Shown in pieces: positions 23,876 through 39,795 of a stretch of DNA of 63,174 nucleotides. The notes under the pieces were generated by a model. That model made no database searches and was not told the origin of the DNA. It saw nothing but the letters and a program-made list of their open reading frames with translations. This DNA is from Negaprion brevirostris. Taxonomy: Eukaryota. The translations under genes and the position numbers were made by a program. Position 1 is the stretch's first letter. Each line of letters starts with the position of its first letter. The stretch covers positions 5,681,144 to 5,744,317 of the forward strand of contig JARDVH010000121.1 in NCBI GenBank assembly GCA_030324005.1. The letters run 5' to 3'.

Positions 23876-26800
23876 CCTAGTCTTCAATTCAGCCCCCAAA
23901 TCAGTCTCTTAGAGTGCTGAAAACACAATCACTACACCTTTCTATATCACTAACTCTAACAGTGTCTGTAACAATCACCTGAATGCAATTTCAAACAGTA
24001 GCCACAAATAACTGTGGTTATCGCATTGTCCTCGAGAGTGAGTAAGCCATTCATATAGAGATTGTTTATACCAGAGTCTGCGATGCAAGCAGACAGCTGT
24101 AACACTGAATGTCACAGTGACTACAGCAGTGACTATTTGAATGCATGAACAGTCTCTGAAGAAGGTCAATCACAGTTGGTATGACTGTCACCAGATTTTT
24201 TTTTAAAAAGGGCAAGAAGTTAACATAGTATTGTCTGTCAGAGTGTCTGTAAGAATGCCTTTAATAAGAGTGTCTACAACAATGTGTATAACAATGTATA
24301 CAACAGTGTCTATAATAGTGCCCTTAACAGCATCTATAACAATAACTGTAAGTGTCTATAACAGTGCCTGTAACAGTGAATATAACAGTTAATATAAAAG
24401 TGAATATAACAGTGACTGTGTCTATAGCAATGTCTATAATAGTTTATAACAGTGACTATAACAGTGTCAATAACAGTGTCAAAAGTGTCTCTAACAGTGT
24501 CTTTTACAGAGACTATAACAGTTTCTATAACAATGTCTATAACTCTGGCTATTACAATGTCTATCACAGTGACAATTAAAGTGTCTTTGACCTTCATGGT
24601 AAGATTGTGTACAACAATGCAAATAAAATAGTACCTATAACAGTGTTTATTACAGGTTCTATAACAGTTTCTATAACAGTGACTCTAACAGTGATAATAA
24701 CAGTGACTATAACAGTGTCTAAAACAGTGACTATACAGTGACCAAAACACTGTCTTTAACAGTGTCAGTAATGGTGAATATAACAGTGTCTATAACTGTG
24801 GCCATTACAATGTCTATCATGGTGAGAATTACAGTGTCCTTGACCTTGACTGTAAGATTATGTACAACAATGCTCAAAACAGTGCCTATTACAGTGTTTA
24901 TTACAGTTTCTATAACCATGTCTATAACAGTGCTTATTACAGCTTCTATAACTGTGTCTATAACAGTTTCAAGAACACAGTCTGCAACAGTAAATATAAT
25001 AGTGAATATATTTCGTCCATACCTGTGTCTATAAAAGTATAACAGTATTTATAACAGTGTCCATAACATTTGTCTAACAGTGATTATGACAGTGTCTCTA
25101 ACAGTTTTTATGACAGTGTCTATAACAACATCTATACCAGTGTCTTTAACAGTGTCTGTAACAGCATTTATAACAGCGTATATAACAGCATCTATAACAG
25201 TGTCTCTAACATTGACTACAACAGTGTCTATAACAGTTTTTAATAGAGTCTTTAACAGAGTCTCTAACAGTGTCTATAACAGTGTCGATAACAACATCTA
25301 TAATAGTCTCTATAACAGTGTCTATAACAATGCCTATAACAGTATCTATTACAGTCTTTATAACAGCATCTATAATAGCGTCTACAACAGCGTATGTAAC
25401 AGCATCTCTGACAGTGTCTGTAACAGTGTTTATGATAGTGAATATAACTGTGTCTAGAACAGTTTCTATCACAGTGACTATAACATAGTCTCTGACGATG
25501 TCTATAACATTGACTGTGCAAGTGTCTATAACAGTGTCTATAACAGCGTTTATAACAACAACTGTAATAGTGTCTATAACAGTGTCTCTACAATTGTCTG
25601 TAACAATGTCTATAACAATGTTTCAAACAGTGTCTAAAACTGTGTCTTTAACAGTCTCTATAACAGTGCCTGCAAGTGTCTAATATATTGTGTATAACAG
25701 TGACTATAATAATGTCTTTAATAGTGCCTATAGCTACAAAAATGCCTATAACAGTGCCTATTACAGTGTCAGATACAGTGATTATAACAATGTCTATAAT
25801 AGTGTCAATTACTGTATTTTTGACAATGACAGTAAGATAGTGTACAACAATGCCTACAACAGTTTTTATTACAATGTTGACAACAGTGACTTTAACAGTG
25901 TCTAGAACAGCATCTATAACAGCATCTATAGCAGTGTTTATAACAGTGATATAACAGCATCTCTAACAGTGTCTAAAACAGTGACTATAACAGTTTGTCT
26001 AACATTATCTATAACAGTGACTATAATAGTGCATATAACACTCTCTATAGCAGTGTCTATTAAAGTGTCTTTAATAGTGACTATAACAGTGGCTATAACA
26101 GCGTCTCTAATAGTGTTTATAAATAACAGTGTCAATAACATTGACTACAAAAGTTTATATAACACTCAGTAACAGTGAATATACTGTGTCTATTACTGTG
26201 TCTCTAACAATATCTCTAACAGTATCTATATTGTTGGCAGTGCAAGTGTCTGTAACAGTATCCATAACAGTGACTATAACAGTTTCTGTAATAGTGACTG
26301 TAACAGTGTCCATAACATTGCCATTAAAACAGTGACTATAACATTTTCTACATTAGTGACTGTAACAGTGTCTCTAACAGGGTCTATAATAGTGACTATA
26401 ATAGTGTCTCTAAAAGTGTCTATAACAGTGTTTTAACCAGTGTCTCTAACAGTGACTATAACAGTGTCTCTAACAGTCTTTATAGTAGTGTCTCTAACAG
26501 TGTCTCTAACAATCTCGGTAACAGTGCCTGTGACAGTGTCTCTCATAGTGTCCATAACAGTGTTTGTAACAGTGACTATAACAGCACCTATAATAGCATC
26601 TATAAAAGTGTCTTAAAAGCATCTATAACAGCAGCTATAACAGTGACCAGAGCAGTGACTATAACAATGTTTCTATCAATGTCTGTAACAGTGTGTCCAT
26701 AACAACATCTATAACAATGTTTATAACAGTATCTATAACTATGTCTATAAAAGTTTCAATGACTGCCTATTACAGAGACCAATACAGTGTCTCTAACTGT

Positions 26801-28013
26801 GGCTATTACAATGTCTATCATGTGTCATTGCCCATGACATAGGATTTTGTGCAACAAAGCTTCGAACAGTGCTTATCATAGTGAATATAACAGTAACTAC
26901 AAGTGTCTATAACAATGCCTACAGTGCCTACATTAGTAAATATAACAGCGACTATAACAGTGATTATGAGTGTCTATAACAGTGACCAGAACAGTGACTA
27001 TAACAATGTAACGATGTTTCTATCAGTGTCTATAACAGTGTGTCCATAACAACATTTATAACAATGTTTATAATAGTGTCTATAACAGTCTCAAAACAGT
27101 GCCTATAACAGTGACTGTGCAAGTGTCTAATACAGTGTCTAATATAGTGTCTATAAAGTGTCTATAACAGTGTCTGTAACAGTTGCTATAACAGTGTCAA
27201 TAACGGTGTCTATAACAGTGACTGTGCAAGTGTCTAGTGTCTAATATAGTGCCTAATATAGTGTGTAATATAGTGTCTATAATAGTGACTGTAATAGTGT
27301 CTGTAATAGTGCCTATAGTTACAAAAATGTCTATAACAGTGCCTATTACAGTGTCAGATACAGTGATTATAACAATGTCTATAATAGTGTCAATTACTGT
27401 GTCTTTGACAGTGACAGCAAGATTGTGTAAACACTGCCTATAATAGAGTTACAGTGTTGATAACAGTGACTTTAACAGTGTCTAGAATAGCGTCTATAAC
27501 AGTGTCTATATCAAATTCTATAGCAGTGTTTATAACAGTGATATAACAGCTTCTTTAACAGTATCTATAAGAGTAACTATAACAGTTTGTCTAACGTTGT
27601 CAATAACAGTGACTATAACAGTGTATATAACACTCTCTACAGCAATGTCTATTAAAGTGTCTTTAACAGTGACTATAACAGTGTCTATAACCATTTGTCC
27701 AACAATGTTTATAACAGCTTCTATAACAGTGTTTATAAAGTGACTATAACATTGTCTATAACAGTGAATGTAACAGTGTGAGTAACAGTGAATATAACTG
27801 TGTCTATAACAGTCTTTATAATAGTTTCTATAACACTGAATATAACAATCTCTGTAATAATGTCTCTAACAGTGTCAATAACAGCGCCTTTCAGTGAATT
27901 TTATATATTCTGTAACAGTGTCTATCACAGTGCCTATAACAGTTTGTCTCACAGTGTTTAGAACAGTGTCTATAAGTGTTGATATCAATGTATTTAACAA
28001 TGTCTCCAATAAT

Positions 28014-28241
28014 ATAAGAACATAAGAACATAAGAAATAGGAGCAGGAGTAGGCCATCTAGCCCNNNNNNNNNNNNNNNNNNNNNNNNNNNNNNNNNNNN
28101 NNNNNNNNNNNNNNNNNNNNNNNNNNNNNNNNNNNNNNNNNNNNNNNNNNNNNNNNNNNNNNNNCATCTTATATGTCTCAATGAGATCTCCCCTCATTCT
28201 TCTAAACTCTAACGAGTACAAGCCTAGTTTATTCAGCCTCT
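28014..28241 (-). mobile_element. CR1-clade LINE 3' end inserted in the satellite (contains a gap)
   Basis: YSLEFRRMRGDLIETYKM; (ttcttatg)n tail. Confidence 0.88.
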
Positions 28242-31200
28242 ATTGACTGTGCAAGTGTCTATAACAGTATCCATAACAGTTGCTTTAACTGTGCAAGTGT
28301 CTATAACAGTGTCTATAACAGAGTCTATAACAGTGTCTAAAATAGTGTCTATAATAGTGTTTATAACAGTGACTATAACAGTAACTATAACAATGACTAT
28401 AACAGTAACTATAAGTGTGTCTATAACAGTGTCTATAACAGAGTCGATACCAGATTCCATACCAGTCTATAACAGATTCTATAACAGTGTTTATGATAGT
28501 GTCTATATAGTGTTTATAACAGTGTCTTTAACAGAATCTATAACAGTGTCTGTAATAGTGTTTATGACAGCATCTATTATAGTGTCTATAACAGCGTCTC
28601 TAACAGTGTTTATAACAGTGTCAATAATATTGACTACAAAAGTTTATATAACACTGTAGTAATAGTGAATATAACTGTGTCTATAGCAATGTCTCAAACA
28701 CTAACTATAACACTGGCAGTGCAAGGGTCTATAAAAGTGTACATAACAGTGTCTATAACAGTGTCTATAAGTACCTTTAACAGTGACTATAACAGTGTCT
28801 ATAAGTACCTTTAACAGTGACTATAACAGTGACTATAACAGTGTCTATAACAGCATCTATAAAAGTGTCTTAAAAGCATCTGTAACAGCATCTATAGCAG
28901 TGACCAGAACAGTATCTATAACAATGTTTCTATCAGTGACTATAACAGTATGTCCATAACAACATCTATTTTATAATAGATGTGTTTATAATAATGTCCA
29001 TAACTGTGTCTATATTCGTGTCTATAAAAGATCAATGACTGCCTATTACAGAGACCAATACAGTGTCTCTAACTGTGGCTATTACAATGTTTATCACGTG
29101 TCATTGCCCATGTCATAGGATTTCATAAAACAAAACTTCTAACAGTGCCTGTCATAGTGAATATGACAGCGACTACAAGTGCCTATAACAATGACTGTGC
29201 AAGTATCTAATTTAGTGTCTAATATAGTGTCTATAAGTGCCTAAAGCAGTGTCTCTAACAGTGTCTAGAACAGTGTCTATAACTGTCAAAACAGTAACTA
29301 TAAGAGTGTTTATAACAGTGTATATGACAATGACTATACAGTGACTATAACAGTATCTCTAACAGTGTCTGTAACAGTGACTATAACAGTGTCTATACAT
29401 AGTGACTATAACAGTTTTATAACAGCGACTATAACAGTGTCTATAGCAATGCCTATAATGGTGTCTATAACACTATCTTGAACAGTGACTATAATAGTGC
29501 TTATAACAATTTCTTTAACAGTGTCTTTAACAGTGTTTATAACAGAGTCCATAACAGTGTCTGTAACAGTGTTTCTAACATTGACTATAACATTGACTAT
29601 AACAATGACTATAACACTGTTTATAACAGTGTCTATAATGGTGACTGTAACAGTGACTATAATGATGTCTCTAACAGTGTCTCTAACAGTAACTAAAACA
29701 GTGTCTGTAACAATGTCTATAACACTGTTTATAACAGTGTTTATAATGGTGACTATAACAGTGTTTCTAACAGTGTCTATAACAGTGATTGTAACAGAGT
29801 GTGTAACAGTATCTATAACAGCATCTCTATGGTGTCTCTAACAGTAACTAGAACAGTGTCTATAACTGTATCTAACAGTGTCTATAAAAGTAACTGTAAC
29901 AGTGACTATAACATTGTTTATAACAGTGTCTATACAGTGACTATAACAGTACCTATAACAATGTCAATATCAGCATCTATGACAGTATCTATAATTTTCT
30001 AAAATAGTTTGTCTAACAGTGTCTCTAACAGTGACTATAACAGTGTTTGTACCAGTGTGTATAACAGTGTCTATAACTGTCTACAATTGTTTGTCTAATA
30101 ATGTTTCTAACAATGTCTCTAACAGTGTCTCTAACAGTGACTGTAATAGTGTTTATAATAATGTCTCTAACAGTGACTGTAATTGTGTTTATAACAGTGT
30201 CTCTAACAGTGACTGTAATAGTGTTTATAATAATGTCTCTAACAGTGACTGTAATTGTGTTTATAACANNNNNNNNNNNNNNNNNNNNNNNNNNNNNNNN
30301 NNNNNNNNNNNNNNNNNNNNNNNNNNNNNNNNNNNNNNNNNNNNNNNNNNNNNNNNNNNNNNNNNNNNTAACAGTGTCTCTAACAGTGACTGTAATAGTG
30401 TTTATAACAGTGTCTCTAACAGTGACTGTAATAGTGTTTATAACAGTGTCTCTAACAGTGACTGTAATAGTGTTTATAACATTGTCTATAACAGTGACTA
30501 TAAAAGCATCTATAACAGTGACTATAACAGTGTCTATAACAGTGATTAAAACAGTGACTATAACGGAGACTATAACAGTATCCATAACAGTGTCTCTAAC
30601 CATCTCTATAACCGTTTCTATAGCAGTGTCTCTAACAGCGTCCATAACAGTGTCCACAACAGTGTCTGTAACAGCATCTATAGCAAGTGTCTATAACAGC
30701 ATCTACAACAGTATCTGTAACTGTCTATAACTATGTTTATAACAGACTCTATAACAGCATCTCCAACAGTGTCTCCAATAATGTCTATAACAGTATCTAT
30801 AAGTCTCTATAACTGTCTCTATAACTGTCTCTATAACAGTGTCTCTAACAGCATCCATAACAGCATCTGTAACAGCATCTATAATAGTGTCTATAACAGC
30901 ATCCATAACAGCATCTATTACAGCGTCCATAACAGAGTCTATAGCAGTGTCTATAAAAGAGTCTTAAAAGCATCTATAACAGTGACCAGAACAGTGACTA
31001 TAACTGTGACTATAACAATGTTTCTATCAGTGTCTATAACAGTGATTATAACAGTGTCTGTTATAGTGCCTATAGCTACAAAAATATCTATAACAGTGTC
31101 TATATCAGTGATATTACATTGACTATTACAACGCCTATAACAATGTTAATTACTTTGTCTTTGACCATGACTATAAGATTGTGTGTAGCAATGCTTATAA

Positions 31201-34200
31201 CAGTGCCAATAACAGTTTGTTACAGTTTCTATAACAGTGCTGATAACAGTATTCATAACAGAGTCTATAACAGGTTGTCCAATAGTATTTATGACTGTCT
31301 GTAACAGTGTTTAAAACAATGACCAAAACAGTGTTTATAACAGTCTTTATAGTAGTCTCTATAACACTGAATATAACAGTATCTATAACAATGTCTCTGT
31401 AACAATGTCTCTAACAGTGTCAATAACAGTATCTTTAACAGTGACTATAACATTGTCTATAACAGTTTGTCTAACAGTGTCTATGACAGTCTCTATAACA
31501 GCGTCTCTAACAGTGTTTATAAGTGTCAATAACATTGACTACAAAAGTTTATATAACACTGTCAGTAACAATTAATATACCTGTCTTTTACTGTGTCTAT
31601 AACAGTGTCTATAACAATGTTTATAAGTGTCTACAACATCGACTGTGCAAGCGTGTATAATAGTATCCATAACAGTTTCTTTAAAAGTAACTATGCAAGT
31701 ATCTATAACAGTCTCTATAACACTGTCCAAAACAGTGTCTATGATAGTATATTTATAACAGTGACTATAACAGTGTCCATATCAATCTCTATAATAGTCT
31801 CTATAACAGTGTCTATAACCGTGTCTAGAACAGCATCTATAACAATCTATAACAGTGTATATAAAAGTGTCTTAAAAGTGACTATAATAGTGTCCATAAC
31901 ACAGAATCTCTATAACAGGGTCTACAATAATGACTATAACAATATTTCTATCAGTATCCATAACAGTGACTATAACAATAATGATAATAGTGAATATAAC
32001 AGTGTCTATAACAGTGACTATGATAGTGACTATAACAGTGTCTATAACAATATTTCTATCAGTGCCTATAACAGTGACTATAACATTGTCTATATCAGTG
32101 TCTTTAACAGTGTCTATAATAGTGTCTGTAATTGTGGCTATAGCTACAACAATATCTATAACAGTGTCTATTACAGTGACTATTACAATATCTATAACAA
32201 TGCTAATTACTGTGTTTTTGATCATGATGATAAGGACGTGTGTAGCAATGATCATGCCTTTAACAGTGTTTGTTACAGTTTCTATAACAGTGCTGATAAC
32301 AGTGTCTATAACATCGACTGCAACAGAGGCTAGAACAGTTTCTATAACAGTGTTTATAAAAGTGAATATAATATTTTCCATTACAGTGTCTATAACAGTG
32401 TCAAAAAGAGTTTCTTAATCAGTGCCTGTGACAGTGACTATAACAGTGTCTATAACAATATCTGAAGCAGTGTGTATAACCATGACTATAACTATTTTCA
32501 TAACGATGACTATAACAGTATCTAAAGCAATGTTTCTAACAGCGTCTTTGTCAATGGCTATCACAGCAACTATAACAGTGACTATCGCAGTGTCTATAAC
32601 AGTAACTATAACAGTGAATATAACAGTAACTAAAACACAGTCTGTAACAGTTTTGATAACAGTGTCTATAACAATATCTGTAACAGTGGTTATAATAGTG
32701 TCTATAATAGTTTGTTAAACAGTGTCTATATCAGCATCTCTAACAATGTTTGTAACAGTGTCAATAGATTGACTAGAAAAGTTTATAAAACACGTCAGCA
32801 ACAGTGAGTATAACAGTGTCTGTAACAATGTCTATAACAGTGATGATAACAGCATCTGTAATAGTGAACATCAGAATTTCTATAATAGCATCTATAACAA
32901 TGACTATAACAGTAACAATAGGTGCCTGTAACAATGTTTGCATCAGTGTCTTTAACAGTGATTATAACAGTGTCTGTTATAGTGCTTATAGCTACAAAAC
33001 ATATCAATAACAGTGTCTATTACAGTGACCATAACAATGTCTATAACAATGTCAATTACAGTGTCTTTGATCATGATGATACGATTGTGTGTAGTAATGC
33101 TTATAACAGTACCTATAACAGCGCTTGTTACATTTCTATAACAGTACTATATCAATGCTTGTTGCAGTGCCTATAACAGTGCTGATAACAGTGTCTATAA
33201 CAGTGACTGCAACAGAAATAGAACAATGTCTATAACAGCATTTATAAAAGTGAATATAACAGTGTCCATAACAGTTTCAATAATAGTGACTATAACAGTG
33301 TTTAAAAGTGTCCATAGCATTGTCCATAACAGTGTCTGTAATAGTGTATTTATCAGTGGCTATAACAGTGTCTATAACAGTATCTTAAGCAGTGTGTATA
33401 ACCGTGACCATAACTATTTCCATACAATGACTATAACAGTGTCTAAAGCAATGTTTCTAACAATGTCTTTATCAATGACTATCACAGTGTCTATAACAGT
33501 AACTAGAACAGTGAATATGATAGTAACTATAACAGTGTCTATAACAGTTTCTATGAAAGTGTTTATAAGTGTCTAAATCAATGTCTATAACAGTGACTGT
33601 AACAGTGTCTATGTCAGTGTCAATAACAATGTACATAACAGTATAAATAACAGCATATAAGAAGGTGTCTATAACAATGTCTATAACAGGGTCTATCAGA
33701 CTGATGATAACAGTGTCTGCAAAAGTGTTTATAAAAGTGCCTATATAAGTGTTTATAACAGTATCTATAAGTTTCTATGACAGTTTCAATAACAATGTCT
33801 ATAAAATTGTGTATAACAGCACCTATAAAAGAGACTATAACAGTGCCTATAACAGGATCTATTGAATGACTATAAGAGTGACTATAACAGTGCCCATAAA
33901 TGTGATTATAAAATTGACTATAATAGAGTCTGTAACAATGTTTGTAAAAGTGCCTATTACTGTAACTGTACAATGTCTAATAACGGTGACTTTGACTGTG
34001 TTAGTAAGACTGTGTACAACAATACTTATAACAGTGCCTATAACAGTGTTTATTATAATTTCTATAAAAGAAAGTATACCAGAGACTATAACAGAGACTA
34101 TAATAGTGCATATTACAATGATTATAACAGCATCTTTAAGAGTATCTATAATAGCATTTATAACAGTGTCTATAAGTGTGTGTATAACATATCAATTACA

Positions 34201-37200
34201 ATGCCTGTTACTGTGACTGTTACAATGTATAATAACGGTGCCAATTGCAGTGTCTTTGACCCTGACTGTGACTATAAGATTGTGTACAACAATGGCCATT
34301 GTGTTTAAAGCAGTGTGTATAATAGTGACTATATCAGTGTCCATAATGCTGACAATAACAATGTCTATAACAGTGCCTATAAGAGCACAGTCTATCAAAG
34401 ATTGTGTCTATAACAGTGTCTATAACAGCATCTAATACAGTGTTAATGACAGTGAATATGACAGTGTCTATGACTGTGTATGTAACAGTAACTGTAATAA
34501 CAGCATCCATAAGCGTGTATATAACATTGTCTAAAAGTGTGTATAACAATGACTATAACAGAGAATGTAACAATATCTGTAAGTGTCTATAAAAGTTTCT
34601 ATACGAGTGTCTATAATGGTGCTCCTAACATTTTCTATAACAGCGACTTTAACAGAGTTAATAACATTTTCTATAACAGTGTCTATTAGAGTGTTTCTAA
34701 CAGTGATTTTAACAGTGACTATAACAGTATCAATAAGATTGTCAATAACAGTGTCTCTAATAGCACCCATGACAGTAAATATAACAGTGCTGATAAGGGA
34801 TCTATAAAATGACTATAACAGTGACTATAACAGTATCTATAACAATGTCTATAACAGGGTCTATAACAATGTCTATAACAGGGTCTATAACAATGTCTAT
34901 AACAGTGTTTATAACAGTGTCTATAACAGCGTTTATAACAGTGTCTATAACAGCGTTTATAACAGTGTCTATAACAGTGACTGTAGCAGTGTCTATAACA
35001 GTGTATATAGCAGTGTTAGTAACAGTGACTATAACAGTGTCTCTAACAGTGACTTTAACAGTGTCTACAACAGTGTCTGTTACAGTGTCCATAACAGTCC
35101 TTAACAGTGTTTAAAACAAGGTCTATAACAGTGTCTATTAGAATGTTTCTAACAGTGTCAGTAACTGTGTCCATAACATTATCTGTAACAGTGAATATAA
35201 CAGTGCCCATAACAATGACTATAAGATTGTCTAAACCAGTGTCTCTAACAGTGTCCATAACAGTAAATATAACAGTGCCTATGAGGGTGCCTATAAATTG
35301 TCTCTAACAGTGACTATAATAGTGTCTTTAGCAATATCTCCAACTGTGTCCATAACAGTGTCTATAACAGTCTCTATAACTGTGTCTGTAACAGTGTCTG
35401 TAACAATATTTCTAACAGAGTTATTAACTGTGACTATAACACTGTCCATAACAATGTCTCTAACAATGATTATGACAGTGACTGTAACAGCATCCATAAC
35501 AGTGTTTATAACAGTAGTTCTATAACAGTGACTGTAACAGTGCCTATAACTGACTGTAACATTGTCCACAAAATGTTTATAACAGTGTCTTTAATGGTGA
35601 CTATAACAGTGCCTGTTACAGGGTCTTTCAGTGGTTATAACAATGTCTATAACAGTGCCTATAACAAAGACTATAACAGTGTCTGTAACGGTGATGACCA
35701 AATTGTCTAAAACAGTGACTATAACAGCATCCATAACAGTGTTTACAACAGTGACTATAACAACATCTATAACACTGCCCATAAAATGTCTATAACAGTG
35801 TCTACAACAGTAACTATAACAGGATCAAAACAGTGAATATAGCAGTGTCTATTAGAGTGTCTACAAGATTAAATATAACAGTGTCTTTAAGAGTGACTAT
35901 AACAGTCTGTAACAGTGACGATGAGGGTGTCTGTAAAAGTGACTAGAATAATTTCTATAACAGTGTCCATTACATTGTCTATAATAATTCTATAAGCCTC
36001 TACCACAGCTAATATAACAATGACTATAACAGTGTCTCTAACTGTGTCTATAACAGCATCTATAACAGTATATCTAAACAGTGTCTATTAGAATGTTTCT
36101 AACAGTGTCTATAACAGTGTCCATAACATTACCAATAACAGCGAATATAAGTGTCCATAACAATGTCTATAAGATTGTCTATAACAGAGTCTCTATCAGT
36201 GCCCATAACAATAAATATAACAGTGCCTATGAGGGTGTCTATGAAATCTCTCTAACAATGACTATAATAATGTCTATAACAATGTCCAAAACAATGTCTT
36301 CAACAATGTCTCTAATAGTGTCCCTAATAGTCTCTACAACAGTTTCAATAACAGTGTCTATAACTGTGTCTATAACAGTATCTATATCAATGTCTATAAC
36401 AGTGTCTGTAGCAGTGTCTATAGCAGTGTCTAGAACAATGTTTCTAAAGTGTCATTGTGACTATAACAGTGTCCATAACCATGTCTCTAATACTGATTAT
36501 GACAGTGACTATAACAGTGACTGTAACAGTGCCATAACTGACTGTAACATTGCCTATAAAATGTCTATAACAGGGTCTTTAATAGTGGCTATAACAGTGT
36601 CTGTTAAGGGTCTTTCATAGTGACCATAACAGTATCTAATACAATGTCTATAAAAGCATCTATAAGAATGTCTATAACAGTGCCTATAACATTGTCTATA
36701 ACAGTGACTACAGCACATCCATAACAGTGTTTATAACAGTGTCTATAAGTAAATATAAGTGTCTAAGAGTGTCTACAACAGTGCCTCTAATTGTGCCCAT
36801 AACATTAAATATATCAGTGTCTTTAAGAGTGTCTGAAACATTGTCTATTGCAGTGCATGCAATGGTGTCTGTAACAGTGACTATAAGGGCATCTGTAAAG
36901 TGCGTCTAACATTGTCTATAACATTGTTAGATCAATGTCTCTAATACTGCGCATAGTAATGTCTATTACAGTCTCTATAACAGCTACTATAACAGTGACT
37001 ATAATAGTGTCTAAAACAGGGACTAGAACAGTACCTATAACAGGGGCCCTAAATTTTCTTTAATAGTGACTTTAACAGTGTCCATAACATTTTCTATAAC
37101 AGTGTCTATTAGAATGTTTCTAACAGTGTCTTTAACAGTGAATATAACAGTGTCCATAACAATGTCTATAAGATTGTTTATAACAGAGCCTCTTGCAGTG

Positions 37201-39494
37201 TCCATAACAGTAAATATAACAGTGCCTATAAGGCTTCAATAAAATCTCTAAATGTGACTATAACAGTGTCTATATCAATGTCTCTAACCGTGTTGAGATC
37301 AATGTCTCTAACCGTGTTTATAATAGTGTCTATAACAGCTTCTATAACTGTGTCTGCAACAGGGTTTAGAACAATGTTTTTAACAATGTCGTTAACTGTG
37401 ACTATAACAATGTCTCTAATAATGATTATGACAGTAACTATAGCAATGACTGTAACAGTGCCTATAACTGACTGTAACATTGTTTATAGAATGTCTATAA
37501 TAGTGTCTATGACAGAGAGTATAACAATATCTGTAACAGTGTCTATATCAATGATTATAACAATGTCGGTAACATTGTTTGTAAATGTGTCTGTAACAGT
37601 GTCTATAACAGTGACTATAACAACTTCTGTAACAATGTCTCCAACAATGTCTATGACATTGACTGTAACAATGTCTATAATAGTGACTGTAGCAATGTCT
37701 ATAACAGTGCCTTGAACAGAGACTTTAACAGTATCTACAACAGAGGATGTAACAGTGTCTGTTACTGTGACTATTAACAGTGATAATTACAGTGTCTTTG
37801 ACCATGGCACTAAAATTGTGCACAACAGTGCTTATAACAGAGCCTGTGAAAGAGTTTATTACAGATTGTATAACAGTGACTATAACTATAACAATCTCAA
37901 AAATATTGTCTACAATAGTATCTACAACAGTGTCTATATCAGTGGCTACAACGGTGTCTTTGACAGTGCCTAAAATAGTGCCTATAACAGTATCTATAAC
38001 AATGTGTATAGCCACATCTCTTACAGTGTTTCTAGCAGTTCCTATGACAGTGTCAATAGCAGTGTCTATAAAAGTGTCTATAACAATAAAAAAAGTGTTG
38101 TTAAGAGTGTCTTTAAACATGTCTATATAAGTGTCTATATCAGTGGCAGTTTGTAACAGTGTCTATAACAGTTTTTGTAGCACAGTCTATAACAGTGTTT
38201 ATAACAGTGTCTCTAACAGTGTCTATAACAATGAATATAGTGTCTAGAACAGCTTTTATATCAGTGTCTACAACAGTGTCTATAATGGTGTCTATAATTG
38301 TATCTACAACAGTATTTATTACAGTGTCTATAACAATGTTTCGAACAGCGTCCGTAACAGTGACTATAAGAGTGTCTATAATTGGTACTATGACAATGAC
38401 AGTGTCTAGAAATTATCTATAACAGCGACAAAACAGTGTCTAAAACAGTATCTACTACAGTGTCAAAGTGCCTATAACAGTGTCTATAAATGTCTGTAAC
38501 AGTGAATATTAGTGTCTATAAAATGTCTATGACAGCGTCATTAATAGTGCCTATGACAGTGTCTGTTACAGTATCTTTAATTGTGCCTATGACGGTGTCT
38601 GTTACACTGCCTGTAACAGTGTCTATAGCACTGCTTATACAATTGTCTATAACAGTGACTATAACAGCATCCATAAGAGGGTTTATAATAGTGTCTATTA
38701 CAGTGATGATGACAATACCTTAACAGTGCTTATAACATAGTATCTAAACAGTATCTATAAGTGTCTATAACAGTATCTATAAAGTATATGTGACCGCAAC
38801 TATAACAACATCTATAACAGTGTCTAAAACAATGTCTCTATTAGTGACTACAATGTCTATAAGTGTCTATATCATTATCTTTAATAGCATTTACAAGAGT
38901 GTTCATAACGGTGTCTACTACAGTGTCTATGACCGTGACTCTAAGAATATCTATAAGTGTCTATAACATAGAGTGTAGCAGTGTCTATAACAGCAACAAT
39001 AACCATAACTATAAAAATATCTATAACTGTATCTATAAAAGTGACTATAACATTCTTTATAATAGTCTCGATAACAATGTCTATAACTATGTCTTAACAG
39101 TGACAATAACACTGTTTATAACAGTGAATATAACAGCAATTATAGCAGTCTCTATAACAGTATCAATACCAGTGTCTGTAACACTGTCTATAACAGTGAC
39201 TATAACAGCAACAATAACAGCATCAATACCAGTGTCTCTAACAATGTCTATAATAGCGACTACAAGTCTCTATAACAGTATCAATAACAGTGTCTATAAC
39301 ACTGTCTATAACAGTGACTATAACAGCATCAATAACAGTGTCTCTAACAGTGTCTGTAACAGCGACTATAATAGTGAATACAACTGTGACTATAAGAGTA
39401 TCTATAACTGTGTCTGTACCAGAGACTATAACATTCTCTATAACAGTGTCCATTACAGTGTCTATAAAAGTGACTGTAACAGTGACTATAACTG

Positions 39495-39795
39495 CAGCAC
39501 TGTGGCACAGAGTTTTAAACTCCGCCCCATAGTGTCAGTGACCCAGGTTCGATTCCCAGCTTGGGTCACTGTCTGTGCGGAGTCTGCACATTCTCTGTGT
39601 CCACAGGGGGTTCCTGTGGCTGTTCCAGTTTCCCCACAGTCCATAAGATGGGTTGGTTAGATGCATTGGCTATGCTACATTCTCCCTCAGTGTACCCGAA
39701 CAAGTGCCGGAGTGTGGCGACTGGGAGATTTTCACAGTAACTTCATTGCAATGTTAATGTAAGCCTACTTGAGACACTAATAAATAAACTTTGAA
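39495..39795 (+). mobile_element. V-SINE (alternative tail) inserted in the satellite
   Basis: ggttcgattccc B box, core and tail. A tail-only fragment also lies at ~44765-44835. Confidence 0.88.
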